Source: Octopus vulgaris (lineage: Eukaryota). Taken from it: a DNA stretch of 64,000 bases. The stretch covers positions 201,438,001 to 201,502,000 of the forward strand of contig OX597815.1 in assembly GCA_951406725.2 (NCBI GenBank). The letters run 5' to 3'. Both the position numbers and the translations under genes were made by a program. Shown here piece by piece: positions 25,560 through 39,140 of this stretch (position 1 is its first letter; every line of letters begins with the position of its first letter). Under the pieces are notes generated by a model. It ran no database searches, was not told the origin of the DNA, and saw nothing but the letters and a program-made list of their open reading frames with translations.

Positions 25560-27669
25560 ATAGATAAATCAGGACATGTGGTCCCACAGGTTAAGCGCTG
25601 GGTAGAACATTTTTCTGTACGTTTGAATAGACAATAATCCGCTGACATGAGGACGATAGAAAAAATCGAACACCTTCCGGTTATAGAAAAGATGGCATTT
25701 GAACCAACTGTAAATTACATTTATTTAGCTGTGAATAAGTTGAGTAACAATAAGTCTCCAGGGTCTGATGGAATCTGTGCAGAAAACCTGAAATATGGAG
25801 GTGACCAAATGTTGAACCCATAAATATATTAATTTGTCATCATTGGCGAACTGAGAATGTGCCTGAAGACAGGATTGTTGCCATTTTAATCTCCTTACAT
25901 AAATCGTGGCCAAATGATCTGAATGGTGATATTCGTGGGATTTCGCTTTTGTGTGTGGTTGGAAAGATATTTGCCCGCATTTTGCAAGAATGTTTAAATA
26001 CATTTATAATTCTAAATATAGTGTCTCAGTCTTAGTGTGATTTTCGTTCCTCCGGGAGCACAGCTGATTGTATCTTTACCGTCAGACAATTAGAAGAAAA
26101 GTGCATTGAACAGAATCTTGCTCTATGCCATTGCGTTGTTGAATTGAGCAAAGCATTCAATACTGTTAATCTAAATGCTCTGTGGCTAATTCTTAAGAAA
26201 ACACGTTGCTCAGAAGAATTTGTGAATATAATCAAGGCTTTGCATCAAGATATGAAAGGTAGAGCTAACTTTATTAGTCGGCTCTCTGAATCTTTTGCCG
26301 TGGAAATTGGAGTAAAGCAAGCAGACATTGATGCACCCGACCCCATTTCAATATACTTTGCTGTTGTTTTGTCATATGCTTTTCAAAAAACTGAGGAGAG
26401 AATTTACATAAAATATCGAACAACAGGGTATGTTTTTTAATCTGATCAATCAGAAATTCAAAACGAACGTTTTCACTTCACTTATTAGGGACCTTTGTAC
26501 GCTGCCGATTGCGATCTTGTTAGTCATTCTGAAACAGGTCTGCAATCTCCTCCTTTATCGGCATTTGACTCGGCTTGTGATGATTTGGGCTTGACCATCA
26601 ACTTGAGAAAAAAACAGTTGTAACACACCAAACTGCATGTGGTGATGTCTGTAACCCCACTAAAATGTTTGTTAAGTGTAAGTTACTTGAGGTTGTCGAT
26701 TCGTTCATCTACCTTGGAAGCTCTGTTCAGAATGATGGAAATCCGGTTACAGAAATACAGCTGCGAATTCAAAGGGCAGCAACAGCATTTACTGGTTTGG
26801 AAAGAAGCCTTTGTTGTGAGCGACATATAAATTAGAATACAAAGCTGGCTCTTTACAAATCATTTGTCTTACCATCCCTGTTGTATTCCTGTGGAACTTG
26901 GACTTGTTATGAAAGATATTTTAAATTCTTTGAACAACACCACCAAATATGCTTTCAGCGCATTTAAAAAATTAACTGGAAATTACTCCAAACACAGATA
27001 TCCTTGCATCTGCGAGCGTCACCTCAAGTAAAGTTATCATTTTGAAGCACCAAATGAGATGGAGTGGCCATATAGTTCTATGAACGCATGCCGAAACTGC
27101 TATTTATGGTAAGCTTGCAGAGGGGAAACGCTATCCGCGTAAACCTTTAAAAAAGTTTAAGAACGGCATGAGGACTACTTTGAAGTGATTTGGAATGGTT
27201 CCAGAAGGCATAGGAACCCTTGCTTCGGATCGAGTTGGATGGCGAACAAAAGTGTGGAGTGGAGTGGAGTGAAAGCATTTGTAGAGGTCAGGATAATGAA
27301 TGTAAGACTCAAAAGAGATCTAAGGATCGAGAAGGTGAATGACAATGACCATTTTGCGTGCACAGTCTGTGACAGACCATGCCTGTCCTTTTTACTGGGC
27401 TCAAATCTCATCTGCGAACCCATGGGAAACGAACCTTCACCAATTATTCTGCCGATATGTCTGTTCACACCTTTGAATGCCGTGTATGTCAGAAGTTCCA
27501 CAAAGTTCAGAACTTACCCGCAGTTCTTGGTGGTACAAATCGGATGTGCAATTTGTGTGGGAGTCTTTTCAGAACAGTGTTTTGTTTAAAAAGCCACATG
27601 AGATGTCATTATGGTGCTAAGGTGCAGGTACAAGTGGTGGTTAAACTCTGCATAAGGAGAAGACTGCCG

Positions 27670-27671
<2 letters not shown>
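25560..27671 (+). mobile_element. Decayed 5'-truncated RTE-clade LINE (RT plus C-terminal C2H2 zinc fingers)
   Basis: KSPGSDGICAENLKYG (about 25752), CDFRSSGSTADCIFTVRQLEEKCIEQ..VELSKAFNTV (26036-26167), GVKQ (26309), YAADCDLV (about 26498), MRWSGHIV (about 27055), CTVCDRPC..GLKSHLRTH and CNLCGSLFRTVFCLKSHMRCH; many stops and frameshifts. Confidence 0.88.
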
Positions 27672-27732
<61 letters not shown>

Positions 27733-27744
27733 CATATTATTGAT

Positions 27745-28130
27745 ACTCTTATATTTGTTTCAGTTATTAGAATGTGGCCATACTAGCGCACAGCATTTAA
27801 TCGGAGAAATCGACCTGAGGACGCCTTATTTGTAAGCCTAGTACTTATTCTACTGGCCTGTTTTACAGAACCGCTAGATTACGTTGAGGTAAAAGCACCA
27901 GCATCGTTTGTCAAGCGATGGTAGGGGAACAAAAACAGACACACAAACATATACACATATAGAAACATATGTACGAGGGGCTTCTTTCACTTTGCGTCTA
28001 CTGAATCCACGGACAAGCCTTTGGTCGGCTATAGTACATAACACTTGTATATGGGGCCATGCAGTGGAACTGAACCCGGAAAAATGTGGTTGGTAAGCAA
28101 AGTACTTACTACACAGCTATTCCTGCACCT
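27745..28130 (-). mobile_element. SINE family A, diverged copy
   Basis: Aligns with 32938-33382. Confidence 0.75.
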
Positions 28131-28597
28131 ATACATATAGGAGTTTGTGGAATGTTCTGTATCGACGGATGATCTGAAAAAACATTATTTTATATTTCAC
28201 GGTAAGTAGCAAGGAATATCAGGTATTCGAATGAAAAACAAGTTTTAACGAGTGGAGTAGATAATATCCAGGCTTTATATGTCTGATAAAGAGTGGAGCC
28301 TCAGAAGTGGTAAATATCCGAACGAGGTGTATACCGTAGTCTACACTTCAGGAGAAAGGTATGTTGATTAAATGAAGTTCACATTGTCGTAAGCAGGTAC
28401 ATGTGAACAAACGGAATATTCGATCAGAATGAGTAGAGAGCACCGTAAGAGTAGAGTATATAAATGTGAAGGCAATTAGGAATATATGAGTGGAGAATAC
28501 AATATGAAGAAAAAATTTTCTCTTCACAATATATTCTCCACTAACCGTACTTCTACAGATCCTGATCGAGTCTTCTGTGGAGACATTTGTTTTGTGT

Positions 28598-28660
<63 letters not shown>

Positions 28661-28687
28661 ATATTACTTAAACCATCTTTTAACACC

Positions 28688-28739
28688 GTCTCCGATTAAG
28701 GGATATAATTAATAAATATCCTGGAAACAGCTCTAAGAC
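28688..28739 (+). ncRNA. Decayed hammerhead motif, same family as 53052-53103
   Basis: gtct-CCGATTA-agggatataattaataaatatcctg-GAAA-cagctc-TA-agac; flanks also align with 53045-53160. Confidence 0.45.
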
Positions 28740-28811
28740 CTTCTATCTATAAATGTTCAAATATCTACACAGCCTTGGTTTTTTTATCTCATTGATTCTT
28801 TTATAAAAAAT

Positions 28812-28868
<57 letters not shown>

Positions 28869-28875
28869 TATACAT

Positions 28876-28941
<66 letters not shown>

Positions 28942-29403
28942 GTAGTTGAACTAAGTTTGTCACATATTCCAACTGCTAGAAGTTTAATATACTGCAGCTA
29001 CTGATTTTTCACCCACGGCAACTGCACTGTATTTGCCTTTTAGCAGTTGTAATATATGACGAAAATATTTGAACTCTCCTTAATTTTGTTCACGCCTAAA
29101 TACTGCTTTGCGCAATGTTTCGTCATATATATATATATATATATATATTTACATACCCAGATGTATGTGAGTGCTTGTGAAGAAGCCTTATGTGCACAGG
29201 GAAAGACTTCAGAACAGAAATCCTCACTGATGTTCCCAGAACAGGTGATTAATGAATACGTATGCTCTAATGTGTATCTACTTCCTAATGTATACACTTG
29301 TGAGAGAGACATGAAACCCTACTGTATCAATGAACGTATGGATCATGTTCGGGTTCGTATGCACCTTACCATATAATAATATGATATCCTCACGTACACA
29401 AGC

Positions 29404-29453
<50 letters not shown>

Positions 29454-29522
29454 ACATGTATATAAAAACACAAAACACACACACCATCCTTCTACTGTTT
29501 TGCTCTCTTGGGAGATTTTAGA

Positions 29523-29591
<69 letters not shown>

Positions 29592-30409
29592 CATATATAT
29601 TTTTGCGCATGCATAATGTGCGTTAAACCTCTTTGCATAATTTACAAATTCACATTACTTTTGTCTGAAATGTCAGAAAGATTAAGCTGTATCGAATACG
29701 TGTTGCTATAACAACATTACGAATCATATCACACGTGTTAACAATTAATGGGGAGATTTGTGCCAGCAAATAGAATTTTATAGATCAATGTCAACGATAA
29801 AAAAAATATCTAAATAAATTTCATTCAGCAGGTGATCAACTTTGTATCTCAGAATGGAACAAATGAAAGGATAATGTACACCTATGCCGATATATCATTT
29901 GAAGTGTTAAAGTTACAATTCGGAAAATATATTCTATATATTTAAGAACACCGGCAAGTCTGGTATATCCACGTTTATAATACTTTTTTTTTACTATTAT
30001 GCATTTTGTTTTTACAGAACATTGCATTATAAACCATGATAATTTTGATGCTACGTCAGAGGCTACCTTGAATAATGTGGTAAAATTGAGAATAAACATG
30101 CACCGGAAAATAACAAACTTTAACATAACTTATTCTAGCGTGATATATTAAAGGAGAAATGAATTTTCCACTTTATAGAATTGCCAGTTTTATCACGTTA
30201 TCTCCGACCGTGCATCTTGTCTACGACGTTCAATCCAATTTAAACGATGGTAGTAGCGTGCATTGCCCGACATAGTCATTTTAAAATAATGCTGCAAAAG
30301 AACTCGATTGGAAATTATTTTTCCCTCTAGGTCACACATGTATTTATGATATATGTATCTTTCACCCACGTATCTCTTCTCTCTCTCTCTCTCTCTCTCT
30401 CTCATTCAG

Positions 30410-30441
<32 letters not shown>

Positions 30442-30444
<3 letters not shown>

Positions 30445-31038
30445 ATAGAAATATTAAAATTACTAAGTCTCTCTAAAAGAGAACAACGGCAGCGTTCCCG
30501 GAAAATAATAGTTATCGCCATATTAATATGGCATTCTTATAAAAATAAGAATAAAGCTGTCCGCTTATTAGCTCCATGAGGCCATCGCCTTAAGTTAGCT
30601 ATTTGATACACAAACTGTATCCATATAACCTTCGAACAAGGGAAGTCAGTCGCTCCACACTACTTGACCGGCAGCTACAGACGCGTTTCGGGGTATTGCC
30701 CCTTTTCAATGCAGCGTAGCCAGACCAGTAGGTGTCGCTTCTGACAATCTCTGTTCGAAGGTTTTATTTACTTAGTTTCGGTGGAATACATCCACTTGTT
30801 TTCAATAATAGAAATATTAAAATTACTAAGTCTCTCTAAAAGAGAACAACGGCAGCGTCTGTAGCTGCCGGTCAAGTAGTGTGGAGCGACTGACCTCCCT
30901 TGTTCGAAGGTTATATGGATACAGTTTGTGTATCAAATAGCTAACTTAAGGCGATGGCCTCATGGAGCTAATAAGCGGACAGCTTTATTCTTATTTTTAT
31001 AAGAATGCCATATTAATATGGCGATAACTATTATTTTC
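30442..31038. mobile_element. Rearranged Penelope-like terminal repeat: 184-bp inverted repeat plus 54-bp direct repeat
   Basis: 30501-30684 is the reverse complement of 30855-31038 (one mismatch seen); 30442-30495 equals 30805-30858; hammerhead motif inside. Confidence 0.65.
30674..30715 (-). ncRNA. Minimal type I hammerhead motif, U3-A8 core variant
   Basis: Minus strand reads gctgca-TTGAAAA-gggg caata cccc-GAAA-cgcg-TC-tgtagc. 6-bp stem I (one G-U), 4-bp stem II, palindromic ACGCGT stem III, GUC triplet. Confidence 0.7.
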
Positions 31039-31292
31039 TTGTCAATCATTTTCAATCAGAGTGAAGAATAGGGAGTCCTTCTAGTGGAGTGTTCCTTTTT
31101 TGTTAAAAGACCCTCTATTTCTCGGGGCGACATCGTATTTATCACATTTTCTATTCAACACGGAGAAATTCAGTGGGAATTTTTGTTGTGGATGAGAGAG
31201 GGAAGAGACGGAGGAGACTCGTCACAATAAAGAGAGAGACAGACTGACAGAAATATAGAAGGGCTCTTCGCCTGTTGGCGTGACAAGCAAGC

Positions 31293-32160
31293 AAAAAGTA
31301 CGATTATCATATCTATCACAAAAAACAACCCCGACACCACCGCTATCACCTCTTCCACAACCACTAAAAACAACAACAACAACAGAAACAACAACAACAA
31401 CAACAGTCAATGCAACAATTGCCATTTGAGCAGAATCCCACTACAACAACGTCACCAACTGTAGCATTGGAAATAAGAAACGCCCAACCACTCCTACAAA
31501 CGGTTGGAATAGTTACGCCATATACTCATGTACTATTGCGATTAAGAAGTCGTATCATGGGCCGAGGAAGAATTGAATCCGCCAAGAAGGACTAGTGTTG
31601 GGGAAAAGCGGGAAAGTAGTGTTAAAAATGCCCTCCTAAGCTGAAAGCGAAAAGATAGAACGAAGAAAACTTACCTAATCCATCATTTATACTTCGAACA
31701 CCCACACACTCAGCCAAATCCCAACAACAAAAGCAATGCATACTCATCTAACCACAACTATAAAATGCACCAATACGGGGGAAAATACAAGAACAGAAAC
31801 AACAATCACAAGAACAACCCATACAACTGACTACGGAATTCGAACGCTTCATCAATGTCACAGTCGTTCGCATGAGCAACAGCGTGCTGATGCAGGGTGA
31901 GAAGTTGGTGCCCTTAGACTGATGGACGTCTATGCCCCAAAAGGGTTAGAAGACGAGAATTCTCTAGGCGCCTAGATACATTCATGGGAACGTCTCACAG
32001 TTTAGTATACATAGGGAATGGGATTTTCGACTCATGGAAAAAGTAAGATTATCATATCTATTACAAAAAACAACCCCGACACCACCACTATCACCTCTTC
32101 CACAACCACTAAAAACAACAACAACAACTGAAGCAACAGCAACAACAACAGCAACAACAG
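31293..32160 (+). repeat. About 100-bp direct repeat pair (31293-31405 and 32038-32160)
   Basis: aaaagta.gattatcatatctat.acaaaaaacaaccccgacaccacc.ctatcacctcttccacaaccactaaaaac(aac)n occurs twice. Confidence 0.85.
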
Positions 32161-32937
32161 TAAAGTTTCACGATATAGAAAAGTAAATAGTACAGCTACA
32201 ATGTATTTCCTTCCATTAAGAAGTAGCTTCGCTACTTCGGTCAACGATAGGAACACCACCAGAAACAATAGTCGGTGGCTAACTCTAACAACAACAACAA
32301 CAACAACAACAGAAACAGCATCAAGAGGAGAAAATCTATAGTCTGTGTGGGGCTAGTACATAGATGAGGTGGGTGGAAAAGCCTTGAAAACCCACTCAGA
32401 AACTTCCAATTGTCGGATAGGTATCCACTGAATTTCAGTGGTGACATAAAACTCATGATCGCCCAGAAAGAATGCGAGCCAATGTGTTTTGGGAATGTTT
32501 GTCTCACTAATGGCTACTGCATCCAGATGTAGTGACCTGAGATCGTTGATTAAGAGATCTTATTTCTACACTGTCTCCAAACCACAAAGATTTACTCAAC
32601 CAATTCTTAGAAATGCCATTCTAGGAGGAGGAGAAGAAATAAAAGTTGGAGTTAATCACTTTCCATATCTTAAATTCCTAGTCTTGAATTCGTACTTTTA
32701 CCAAAGATCCGATTCTCAAATAAATGTTTGCAACCTTCCTCAACATGCATGATATGTTCCCTCAAAATACAACACATTGTGATAGTTATTACTCCCAGAA
32801 TCTTTCATCCAAAGTTTTGGAACTTGGGACATGAACAAGACACTCAGCCGTTGCCACAATTTTATCTATATTAGATTCTACAAAAACAAACAAATCCTTG
32901 TTTTGCATTCAGAGAACTTTTTTCTTTTCTTTTTCTG

Positions 32938-33131
32938 TTACTTGTTTCAGTCATTTTGACTGCAGCCATGCTGGAGCACCGCCTTTAGTCGAGCAAATCG
33001 ACCCCGGGACTTATTCTTTGTAAGCCCAGTACTTATTCTATCTGTCTCTTTTTGCCGAACCGCTAAGTGACGGGCACGTAAACACACCAGCATCGGTTGT
33101 CAAGCAATGCTAGGGGGATAAACACAGACAC

Positions 33132-33208
<77 letters not shown>

Positions 33209-33382
33209 TATATATACACATATATACGACAGGCTTCTTTCAGTTTCCGTCTACCAAATCCACTCACAAGGCATTGGTCGGCCCGGGCTATAGCAGAAGA
33301 CACTTGCCCAAGATGCCACGCAGTGGGACTGAACCCAGAACCATGTGGTTGGTTAGCAAGCTAATTACCACACAGCCACTGT
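32938..33382 (-). mobile_element. SINE family A, near full length
   Basis: Minus head tggctgtgtggtaa..ggttcagtccc (A/B-box-like), internal CA/TA array, shared 3' body. Confidence 0.85.
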
Positions 33383-33774
33383 GTACTTGAGAGGCGTATC
33401 TGTGACAAGGTGCTCTAATTTTTCCTTCTCTTGTGGTTGATATGGTCGTTGTAAGGTTGCTTGCTTTTGTTGCTGATTCTGTTGTGTCACTTACTGATGC
33501 TGAGAACGTAGCTTCTATTCTTGGTATTTCGGTATTGGTATATCTCTTGTTTGTTGCAGTTGCTACTGTAGCAGTTGTTGTAATTGCTGGAACTATCATT
33601 TTGGTTACGACTGGGCACATCATTTCCAAGGTTACTTCAGCTTGGTTACCACAGACGTTGAGAGGTAGGGATTATGTTAGTAGTTTCACACGCCTTGGCT
33701 TTCTGTCTTTTGGAAGGGTTCCTTAACTATAACCCATAGTTGAGTATTTGTCTCGTCCGTGGATATTGTAGTTG

Positions 33775-33789
33775 ATGCTGCTGCTGCTG

Positions 33790-33855
<66 letters not shown>

Positions 33856-34095
33856 TTACTACTACTACTACTACTCATGATGATAATAATAATAATAACA
33901 ATAATAATAAAAACAACAGCAATAATGATAAGGAGTCATATGTGTATGTAGAGTATGCAAGTGATAAAGATTATAATGATGATGATGATGATGGCAACGA
34001 CGACGATGACGACGACAAAGAGGAGGAGGAGGAGGGTAACAACGACGACTATGACCACGAGGAAGAAAGAAGCAATTTCGAAGAGGAAGAAGAAA
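33775..34095. repeat. Compound trinucleotide array (GCT, ACT, AAT, GAT, GAC, GAG)
   Basis: Direct reading. Confidence 0.9.
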
Positions 34096-36419
34096 TATCA
34101 AATAACACACATCAATTTTGTTTCTACGTTTTCGTCTGTCCTAAGCAAGCCAGAGGAGGAAGAAGAGGAATGGGGAGAAAACTGCAAAATTACAAAAGTA
34201 GATTAGCAGAGCCAGCACCAATATCAATACATTTACTAGACACAAACAACACCACCAACAACCTAATTGCTCTGTTCACGTCATTATATGTGAGAAGTAG
34301 TAAATAAAGCAAATGAAGAACACCAGAAAAAAACAACAACAGCAACAACAACACGTGAACAAATCTAAGCAAGATAGATTGAATGAGAAACGCGTTTCGT
34401 CAAACGTCGAAAACAATTATGTTTTGTAGCGACTCTGATGTTGACACAAAACTGTTGAGCGGTTCCAGTTTTAATGATGATTATGTCACTGCTAAACGAC
34501 TATGTTCCGGAAACCATTATTCTTTATGGATTCTGTCAGAATAAGTAGAAAATAAAGGAAAAAATTGAAGAACATAAACATAAATTAGCCAGAAATAAAG
34601 AATGATCGAACTGAACACGAAAACAACAAGGTATATTTGCGGAAATTCTCTTGTGCATCAAAGCTGTGTAAACTTTAGCAATAATGTTTTACTAAATAAA
34701 CAATACATATTACAAAATGGCTTATTCTGACAATCTATCTTGTATAATGAGAGAGGAAGAAAAGAAAACTGTGCTGAAGATTCTAATGTTGTAATTAAGG
34801 CGTCAATACAGAAAATGCAGGAACTACAAGTGAGATAAATTAGTAGATAATAACTATTCCATACCTATTAAAATACCTCCTTCATTCACCACCCAATTCA
34901 GAAAAATTCTCCTAGGAACTTTAACGTTGAAGTTTCAAAATTTAATATAAAAAGAGGATATTTTGCAGTCTTTATGGTTTTTCTCACGATGGTTATTAAT
35001 ATATATAAAAAAAGATTATTTGAATTTAAAAACTAATGCTTTTATTTGAAATAAAATCTATCAAGCCTGATATAAAAAATATATCAGAAATGTGCTTGGA
35101 GTGGGCAAACTAGGGCAATTTAATAATCTAAGATGGTTAAATTACTTCATTTTTAATTTGAAAAAGACTACATAGCATATTTTCATATGTTTAACTTGCA
35201 AGAAATACACATTAAATATAATACGTTGGATATAAATTTCAAATTCAAGGACATTATGTCAGATGTAAAGAATGATCTGTTATTGTATTATACGGTGCAA
35301 GCACACTGAAATCATGATAACACGTGTACCAATGTCTGTTAAAGTGTCAACGACATTATCTCTTATTGTAGATCTCTACGACTGTTAGAAAAAATAAGAA
35401 GTGTAAAGTAAACACGAAAGAGTTAGACCTAGAGTTACACCAAGAAAAATTTCCCGAAACAAATTTATGAAAAATATTTTAACTAGATCATTCAGCCGAG
35501 CTTTTTAGCGCAATAATGCATAATATTACTGATTTTGTTCTAATGATCATAACACCACTTTAATCAAATGATTTTAGGCGATCCCCTTGTCCAATTCGTT
35601 CTTCAATAATTCCTTCTTTTTACAGAAACGGAAGGGTGTGATTTGCTACTTATTTGACTGCTATTTCTAGCAGTGCCAAGTGATTTGGTTGAGACATCCA
35701 TAGTGTTGTGCATATTTTAATTTTGAACACAATATACCCAGTTTAATTCATGTACAAAGAGATTATATCTAATCACTTTAGAATATGAAGACTGGGGGAA
35801 ACATATAAGTGTGAACACGGCAAAGTACATAGGATTTTACATCAGTTGAGATCAGGATGCGATTGTTTAAGGTTGGACCCATTTGATAAACCTACAAGAT
35901 ATGTTTACGCTATATGTTTAAGGGAACAGAAAGGTTATAAAACGGTACTATCGCATCCCTAATATTTCGCTTCAATATAATAGTCTCCCTTGACCACAAA
36001 TGGCCTGAACTCTTTGCATGAACACCACCCTGTACATAACTCCATGTCTCCCTACATGGCCTTGCTTTTTGCTTTTTGAGCCAAATAACTAACTTAACTT
36101 AACTTAACTTAACTATTAATTATGTATAGAACATTTTATTCTTTCTTCTGGTGGATTTTAAGCAGTCATATGTTCCGTAATGTCAGTTATATATATATAT
36201 ATAGAATCGTATTTCTTAGCACACACGCACACACACACACAAGTTTCGATACATGAGTTAAAGAGAGTAACTGAAAGAAAGAAAGACAGAACTAAGAATC
36301 TCCATGTATGCAAATTCAGTTCATGTACGGATTTTGTTATGAAGTCGCAATGGGTATGTTTATTACTTTGATTTCATTTGGGATAGGGTAAGTGCATCTA
36401 TTTATTGCGTGATAAAGTT

Positions 36420-36700
36420 CTATTGTTCTTCTTCAATTGAGATCGCTAAGATGTGGCAGCTACGAGAGTCGAACGTAAGGTTTATTCCTATTGTCATCGG
36501 AGCATTGGGATTAAAAACTCAATCTGAAGAAGGATCTGAAAACCTTAGATATACCCTACCATCAAGATTTACTTAAAAAAAGTTGGCATTACTTGAAACT
36601 CCACGCACATTGCATAAAGTTTTGTCTCTCTGGAGTTCTTGTTGTTACTTGATAAACAGTACAAACCCCCGGTAGACACAATATTTTCAATCAACAACTT
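36420..36700 (+). mobile_element. Old Dong-type LINE 3' end
   Basis: IEIAKMWQLRESNVRFIPIVIGALG..ALLETPRTLHKVLSL, followed by UTR and (TAA)n. Confidence 0.65.
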
Positions 36701-36729
36701 TACGATACTGTATTTTGTGCGACGTTCAT

Positions 36730-37096
<367 letters not shown>

Positions 37097-37359
37097 TAAT
37101 AATAATAATAATATTAATAATGATGTGAGACTGCCAAGACGAGTACACCGTTGTTAATGATAATGACACATGTAAGATATGTGAGGAAGAGGAAGTGGGA
37201 GTGAGGTAATGCACCGCATGATGGGTAGTAGAAGTGTTCTGGTGGTCTTAAAATGTGAATTGCGAAGACATAAAGTAAAGAGAAAAATTGAAAAAGGAGG
37301 AGGTTCTTAACTTACCTCTTCAAATCTAAATTTAGAACTATGTCAGATTTTTCATAATC

Positions 37360-38920
37360 CTTGATGCTTAGAAATTTCTTTCAATTATTTTAATGCCAAG
37401 CCATATATTAATGGAATGCCTTCTCTGCTGACTAATTCTAATTTTTTTCTGCCAATTTCCACATCCATGTCTTTGCTAATATGTCTTCCAGTTTGTGTTT
37501 TTAAAAAAATTCTCTCCCTTTCCGGTATTACTAAAATGTCTTTCAAGGAGAACTAATGTTTTTTTTGTTTTTTTTTCTGTTACTATCACTAAACTCATAG
37601 TTTGCCTTTGACTTTCTTAATAATAAAGTGAGTCGTATTAAAAGTATCACCAATATTACAGGGGAGGTTGTGTCTCCCTGGAAAATGCTTCCCTTGATAT
37701 TTACTCCCCCTAATGCTGTGTCACATGATGGGAGATATACTTTAAGTTGCTTCATGCTATTGTTAAGGAAATCAGTTTTGTTGTCTGCAATACGGAATAT
37801 ACTCAAACGTCCACTTATCCACAAATCTGCTATATTGTCATACGCCATGATATAGTTATAGTTTTCTAGATTTCACTTATTTTTCGAAATGCTCTGTCTA
37901 TGTATAATAGGTCATGTATTCCTATAGCTTTTCTTCCTACAACTTTTCTGTTCTTCTCGTAAAAAACTGACAGAAATACTTTCTGAAAGCATCTCTGTTA
38001 ACAGCTTCTACACAAATGATACTCATGATACTTCTTATACAATGGTCTAGAATTACTTGCTACATTAGACTTGCTTTTGTCTTGTATAAGAAGTACTTTT
38101 CTCCTTCTAGTCATCCAATTAGGTATGTTTTCCTCATTTAGGCAATCCTAAAGCTTTTCTCTCAGTTTCTTATGCAAGTTTCTAATTTTTTAAACCAGTA
38201 TCCTTGAAAGAAATCTGACCTTGAGGCCTTCCAATTCGGCATTCTTCCTAACACTATACTCCTTAATGTACTAAGAAGTTTTAGATCTGACTGCTTCTCT
38301 CTAACTACTTTATTCTTCGCTTCTTTAACCGTGCTGTATCCCGATTATGTTGAACTGGCTTATCCCAAATGCCACTAATCCAGGATTTTCTAACTCCTCC
38401 TGAATTAGGGTTTTAAAACTTCATTAGTTTCTTCGACACTATTTATTTGGCTGACCCGTCTCATTCAGTCTGTTCTATTTGTACTCACCAATTCTTTTCT
38501 GATATCTAGAAACCTTACCTATTATTGCTATGATACACAATTTTAACTCGTCCATGTCTATTCCAAATTTTTTTCTCTTTGACTAAGTACTTTGTTCTCA
38601 AGGGAATGCTTAAATTTTGTGCTTCGCATCATGTCCCGTTTCCACGCTACTATTCTACTCACATTTTGTCTGAACTTCTTCACTTTACCTTCTAATCTCT
38701 TCTTTCTACTTCCACATCTGCCCCTTCCTATTCTTACCTTGTGGAATACCTAATTTGCTACTAACTACTACCACTGTCACAGAGATCAGTAAGTTAGTAT
38801 CATATTTCTAGTCTGAAATCTACTCATAACAGAACCGTCTATTAACACCTTTTAATGCTGGCACAATTTCTATATCTTAACTCATTATGTCCTTCATCTT
38901 GTGCATAATCTTCTAGTCTT
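37360..38920 (-). mobile_element. Decayed R4/Dong-type LINE RT region
   Basis: ORF 37543-37848 has VNIKGSIFQGDTTSPVILVILLIRLTLLLRKSKANYEF (cf. GIFQGDSLSPLLF); upstream relics of the PNWKA.G.D..QGYW and EEQK.CR motifs. Confidence 0.7.
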
Positions 38921-39037
38921 GTTCACTTAAGTTGATGGTGCAAGTTGTCCCAACCTGATTGACAGTGCTATTATTTTACTTTGAGACTCTCCCTCAGCTC
39001 GAACTATGTTTGTTCTTTCTTCGTTTTCAATTGTCTT

Positions 39038-39140
<103 letters not shown>

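Noticed and set aside
32370-32920. Possible AP-endonuclease relic on the minus strand
   Set aside because: Motifs too degenerate to assign.
33759-34307. 182-aa low-complexity ORF resembling an acidic protein
   Set aside because: Compound trinucleotide repeats; no domain or splice support.
34700-35600. Faint PLE RT-like words (NVVIKA..)
   Set aside because: Too decayed to support by eye.
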